A stretch of DNA of 64,000 nucleotides from Eledone cirrhosa (Eukaryota). The notes under the pieces were generated by a model that saw only the letters and a list, made by a program, of their open reading frames with translations, was not told where the DNA came from and made no database searches. The translations under genes and the position numbers were made by a program. Location: the NCBI GenBank assembly GCA_964016885.1, contig OZ024740.1:433380001-433444000 (forward strand), given 5' to 3'. Positions 59,318 to 64,000 of the stretch are shown here, piece after piece (the first letter of the stretch is position 1; each line of letters starts with the position of its first letter).

Positions 59318-60073
59318 CATATTTAGTATGTGTATTGATATTATACGCAAATATATATGCATATATATATGATACGTAAATTGAAAAGTGAATTGTCTTC
59401 ACTAGCAGCTCGCCTAACTGAGGTAACTGCTGATGCTCGTGAGGGCACTTGGCTATTTCAGCACATCAGCCTCGCCATCACCCGAAGTAGTGTTGTGAGT
59501 GTTGTTCTTTGCCTCAATCATTATTAGAGAGTTTTTCCAGTGCTCCTTGTGATATCGTTATCCTTTGTTCTGGCAGCAGTTTGTTTGTCCATCCCTTTCA
59601 CTTACCATTTGCTGTATGTGGTCCTAGGTGTGTGTATTACTTGCTTGTGTGTTTTATATTTTTTCCTTTCTCTTTTTCTTATGTTTGTAAAACAAAATAA
59701 AAACTACATTTGTAACAGTATTTACACAACTGTGAATAAAATCATAATTGACAATATGCACAGAAATTGAACGAAGACTGTTACAATTTCTCCTGTAATC
59801 AGTCAAGTAATCCATGATACATTTAAAGATATTGTATTTAAACGGCATTATAGCAAAATCTTATGAAAATGATATAACGAACGCTAAACAAGTGAATCTT
59901 GAAAGAAGCAATACATTTTATATATAATATTATTTATATTAATCAAGAGCTACGAAATTTAGTAGATAATATTCATTCCTGATTTATTCAAAGTAATCCA
60001 ACTTATTTTAATAACGTGTTGGGGAAAAATAACCTTGAAACAGTCTTGCAGTTCTCTAATCATTGTATATAAG

Positions 60074-60976
60074 ATGGTAATAAAAGGGTTAATGACATAG
60101 ACAGTGTCTTTCATTAGAAATATGGTAATGAAAGGGTTAATGACATAGACTGTCTTTTACTAGAAATATGGTAATGAAAGGGTTAATGACATAGACAGTG
60201 TCTTTCATTAGAAATATGGTAATGAAAGGGTTAATGACATAAACAGTGTCTTTCATTAGAAATATGGTAATGAAAGGGTTAATGACATAGACAGTGTCTT
60301 TTACTAGAAATATGGTAATGAAAGGGTTAATGACATAAACAGTGTCTTTCATTAGAAATATGGTAATGAAAGGGTTAATGACATAGACAGTGTCTTTCAT
60401 TAGAAATATGGTAATGAAAGGGTTAATGACATAGACAGTGTCTTTCATTAGAAATATGGTAATGAAAGGGTTAATGACATAAACAGTGTCTTTCATTAGA
60501 AATATGGTAATGAAAGGGTTAATGACATAAACAGTGTCTTTCATTAGAAATATGGTAATGAAAGGGTTAATGACATAGACTGTCTTTCATTAGAAATATG
60601 GTAATGAAAGGGTTAATGACAGTGTCTTTCATTAGAAATATGGTAATGAAAGGGTTAATGACATAGACAGTGTCTTTCATTAGAAATATGGTAATGAAAG
60701 GGTTAATGATGTAGACAGTGTCTTTCATTAGAAATATGGTAATGAAAGGGTTAATGACATAGACAGTGTCTTTCATTAGAAATATGGTAATGAAAGGGTT
60801 AATGACATAGACAGTGTCTTTCATTAGAAATATGGTAATGAAAGGGTTAATGACATAGACAGTGTCTTTCATTAGAAATATGGTAATGAAAGGGTTAATG
60901 ACATAGACAGTGTCTTTCATTAGAAATATGGTAATGAAAGGGTTAATGACATAGACAGTGTCTTTCATTAGAAATA
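60074..60976. repeat. 48-bp minisatellite, about 19 units, abutting a CR1 fragment
   Basis: Unit ATATGGTAATGAAAGGGTTAATGACATAGACAGTGTCTTTCATTAGAA with a CTTTCATTA/TAATGAAAG inverted repeat. Confidence 0.96.
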
Positions 60977-62325
60977 GACCAGAGTGTACCATGCCCACCA
61001 CCTCTGACATCGGATTCTATTACAACTATGGAATTTGCACCTGCAATGCTGCGACGTCACCTTAAAAATAAACGCAATCATGCCTCTCCTGGTCTTGATG
61101 GTGTTACGTACCTGCTTCTTAACCGTGGTGGGTACTTCTAATTGTCTGAAGAACGGTGCTACTCCAGAGCAGTGGAAAACTGCCAGTGTCATTCCTCTGT
61201 TCAAAAAGGGTGACCGCACATCACCTGTGAACTATCGTCCAGTCAATCTTACTAGTTGCATTGCCAAACTGATGGAATCCTGTGTCAGAGAAACACTTTG
61301 GAACTTCTGGAACTCTCACAGTCTTATCCGGCCCTCACAATTTGGATTTATCCCCAACTCCAGCTGCTGTGATCAGCTTATCGAGTTTCTTGAAGACATT
61401 ACCTGGATCACTGATGGCGGCTCATGGGTGGATGTTGTTTACCTTGATTTTGCTAAAGCTTTCAATTCTGTGCCACACAAAAGGCTTATGGCAAAACTCT
61501 CTGCAATGGGTGTGAAGGATGATCTTTTTAACTGGTTGAAGTCCTTCATTCTCAGTCGAAGAGAGGTAGTCATGGTTCTAGGACAACATCCCTCACCCTA
61601 TGAGATGTCATCTGGTGTACCGCAAGGATCTGTTCTGGGTCCCCTTTTGTTTGTGGCATATATTAATGACATAGATGCTAACTTAAAGAATGCCACAGTA
61701 CGGAAATATGCAGATGACATCAAGCTGTACCTTGAAATAAAAAGGACAGTTCCTGAACACTATAGATCTTTCCTGCAATCTGACCTGGACACAATGCAGC
61801 AATGGATCACAGACTGGCAACTCAAGTTGACTGTGGACAAGTGTACCACCATGCATTTTGGGAATAAAAACCCAGCGTTCACATACTCCCTCCACAACAC
61901 TAATATCAAGAAGTCTTCTTGTGAACGTGACCTGGGCATTACTGTCAGCAGCAATTTGTGTTGGACAAAGCACATCTCTAAAATTGTCAAGAAGGCCGAG
62001 GGTGTCTTAGCATCACTCAGCAAGACCTTTGTCAGCCGCTCTCCAGCCATCTATTTAAAACTGTATACAGCTATGGTGCGGCGACACTTAGAATTTGCAT
62101 CACCAGTCTGGAACCCCTATCTTGCTCAGAACATTGACCTCCTGGAAACTGTTCAGAGACGTGCAACCAAGAGAATACCCTCCATCAGGCATCTACCATA
62201 CTCTGAACACCTCTCTTCCCTGGGCATGGATACATTGAAGCTCCGACATCTGGCAATGGACTTGGTAAACACCCACAAGATTATTAACCATCTTGCCAAC
62301 AACAACCCTGAGCACCTTTTTGATT
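60977..62325 (+). mobile_element. CR1-group LINE reverse transcriptase fragment, open across the RT domain, truncated at both ends
   Basis: PLFKKG, NYRPVNLTS, QFGF, YLDFAKAFNSVPH, SGVPQGSVLGPLLF, YADDIK and LEFASPVWNPY. Confidence 0.94.
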
Positions 62326-62513
62326 TCAGTGTGTTTCATTAAGAATAAGGTAACATAATGGTTGAATGTTCAACAATTTATCTAAGACAATGTATTACTG
62401 AGAAACTGTTAAACAAAATTAAATCCTGTTTACTTCAACAAGACATCACTGGCAGTGGGATTAAAATTTTATATTTTAAGCAAATGATAAAGAAATGAAG
62501 TTTTAGTAAGCAG

Positions 62514-62665
62514 CATTCATCATCACTGTTTGATGTCCATTTTCCATGCTAGCATGGGTTAGACGAGTTGTCCCATTGTGAGACAAGTCAGATCAGTTGC
62601 CTGTGTCTTACTCATACAGAACTGTTTCTAGCTTGGTTTCTATGGCTCGATGCCCTTCCTAATGC
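62514..62665 (-). mobile_element. Retroelement/SINE 3' end with (GAT)n tail, family C
   Basis: Similar to 63822-63965 (CATCATC..GTTT..GTCCAT.TTCCA.GCTAGCATGGGTT ... GATGCCCTTCCTAA). Confidence 0.7.
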
Positions 62666-63051
62666 ACACAACACCCCACAAAAGAAGATGGTGTAAGACA
62701 AAACAAAGGAGAGATACAAAATAACAAATTAGTCATTGAGAAGGTCACAGACTTTTGACAAACAAATAAACAACCATTATTAAACTATGCACTGAGTAAT
62801 TGCTGGCTTTGTGCCAAAAGTAGAAACAATTATTAAACTAACCAACTGAAAGTTTATAATAAATTGAAGTGAAACAAAACAGGTGCATGTGTTTTTATTG
62901 AAACAGCTGAGCTCACGCTAGATCCTCTACTTTCACTAATATACCCTCTTTGCATCTTACCATGTATTGAGTACTTTTTTGATTTGCGGTCTTCCTGGTC
63001 CCTGTACTGCAGACAATATATATATTGGAAAAATGGACGTAAAAACGATGA

Positions 63052-63241
63052 TAATTGCTTCTACTTTTGGCACAAGGCCAGTAATTTCCCAGTACATTAC
63101 TGGTACTTTATTTTATCGACCCCTGTAAGGATGAAAGGCAAAGTTACCCTCGGCAGGATTTGAACTCAGACCGTAAAGGGACGTAACTATGATGGAAAGC
63201 ATGGCGTCCCACCCTCTACCGATACTGACAATTCACCGCCG
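63052..63241 (-). mobile_element. SINE family A full copy
   Basis: Reverse complement of the family consensus, flanked by a TAAAAACGATGA direct repeat. Confidence 0.88.
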
Positions 63242-63286
63242 TAACATAAAAACGATGACAATAATGAAGACCATGATGATATAGCA

Positions 63287-63821
63287 AGGCTGTTCTGTGG
63301 AGGGGTGTGGTGTAGTGGTAAGGGTGTTCTGTGGAGGGGTGTGGTGTAGTGGTAAGGCTGTTCTGTGGAGGGGTGTGGTGTAGTGGTAAGGGTGATCTGT
63401 GGAGGGGTGTGGTGTAGTGGTAAGGGTGTTCTGTGGAGGGGTGTGGTGTAGTGGTAAGGGTGTTCTGTGGAGGGGTGTGGTGTAGTGGTAAGGGTGTTCT
63501 GTGGAGGGGTGTGGTGTAGTGGTAAGGGTGTTCTGTGGAGGGGTGTGGTGTAGTGGTAAGGCTGTTCTGTGGAGGGGTGTGGTGTAGTGGTAAGGGTGTT
63601 CTGTGGAGGGGTGTGGTGTAGTGGTAAGGGTGTTCTGTGGAGGGGTGTGGTGTAGTGGTAAGGGTGTTCTGTGGAGGGGTGTGGTGTAGTGGTAAGGGTG
63701 TTCTGTGGAGGGGTGTGGTGTAGTGGTAAGGGTGTTCTGTGGAGGGGTGTGGTGTAGTGGTAAGGGTGTTCTGTGGAGGGGTGTGGTGTAGTGGTAAGGG
63801 TGTTCTGTGGAGGGGTGTGGT
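63287..63821. repeat. 34-bp G/T-rich minisatellite, about 16 units
   Basis: Unit AAGGGTGTTCTGTGGAGGGGTGTGGTGTAGTGGT. Confidence 0.96.
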
Positions 63822-64000
63822 CATCATCATCATCGTTTAACGTCCATCTTCCACGCTAGCATGGGTTTGGACAGGAATTTTCCCACTTGAGGCAAGATTG
63901 GTTGTCTTGCTCGCATAGGACTGTCTGGCGGGTTATCTACGGTTGGATGCCCTTCCTAACACCAACCACGTTTACAGTGTGGACTGGGAGGTTTTTACTG
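63822..64000 (-). mobile_element. Family C element 3' end, running off the window
   Basis: (CAT)n tail plus similarity to 62514-62665. Confidence 0.7.

Noticed and set aside
61035-62342. Intact host RT gene or active LINE
   Set aside because: It lacks the endonuclease and the 3' end, its N-terminus derives from a disrupted junction region, and it is a fragment of the same CR1 family seen three other times.

Overview
Eukaryotic (animal) DNA made almost entirely of repeats. The SINE, MITE and LINE families resemble those I recall from octopus/coleoid genomes (recognition from memory, not searched). No host protein-coding gene can be supported, and nearly all long ORFs in the track are translations of tandem repeats. 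Contents: two large satellites (60 bp, about 13.8 kb; 43 bp, about 10.4 kb) with kb-scale higher-order duplications; about ten smaller minisatellites (17-76 bp); (TA)n/(CA)n, GAA- and GGT-rich tracts; a near full-length but disabled Tx1-clade L1-like retrotransposon nested in a TTAA-flanked MITE; four CR1-group LINE fragments; more than a dozen tRNA-derived SINE copies; and a hAT-type MITE. Most notable: (1) a 531-bp near-spacerless palindrome with a hammerhead-ribozyme-like motif in each arm, plus two more such motifs, suggesting Penelope-like/retrozyme elements; (2) most minisatellites are built from a transposon end and/or carry a hairpin that is often more perfect in some copies than in others, suggesting a hairpin/template-switch route to tandem arrays.
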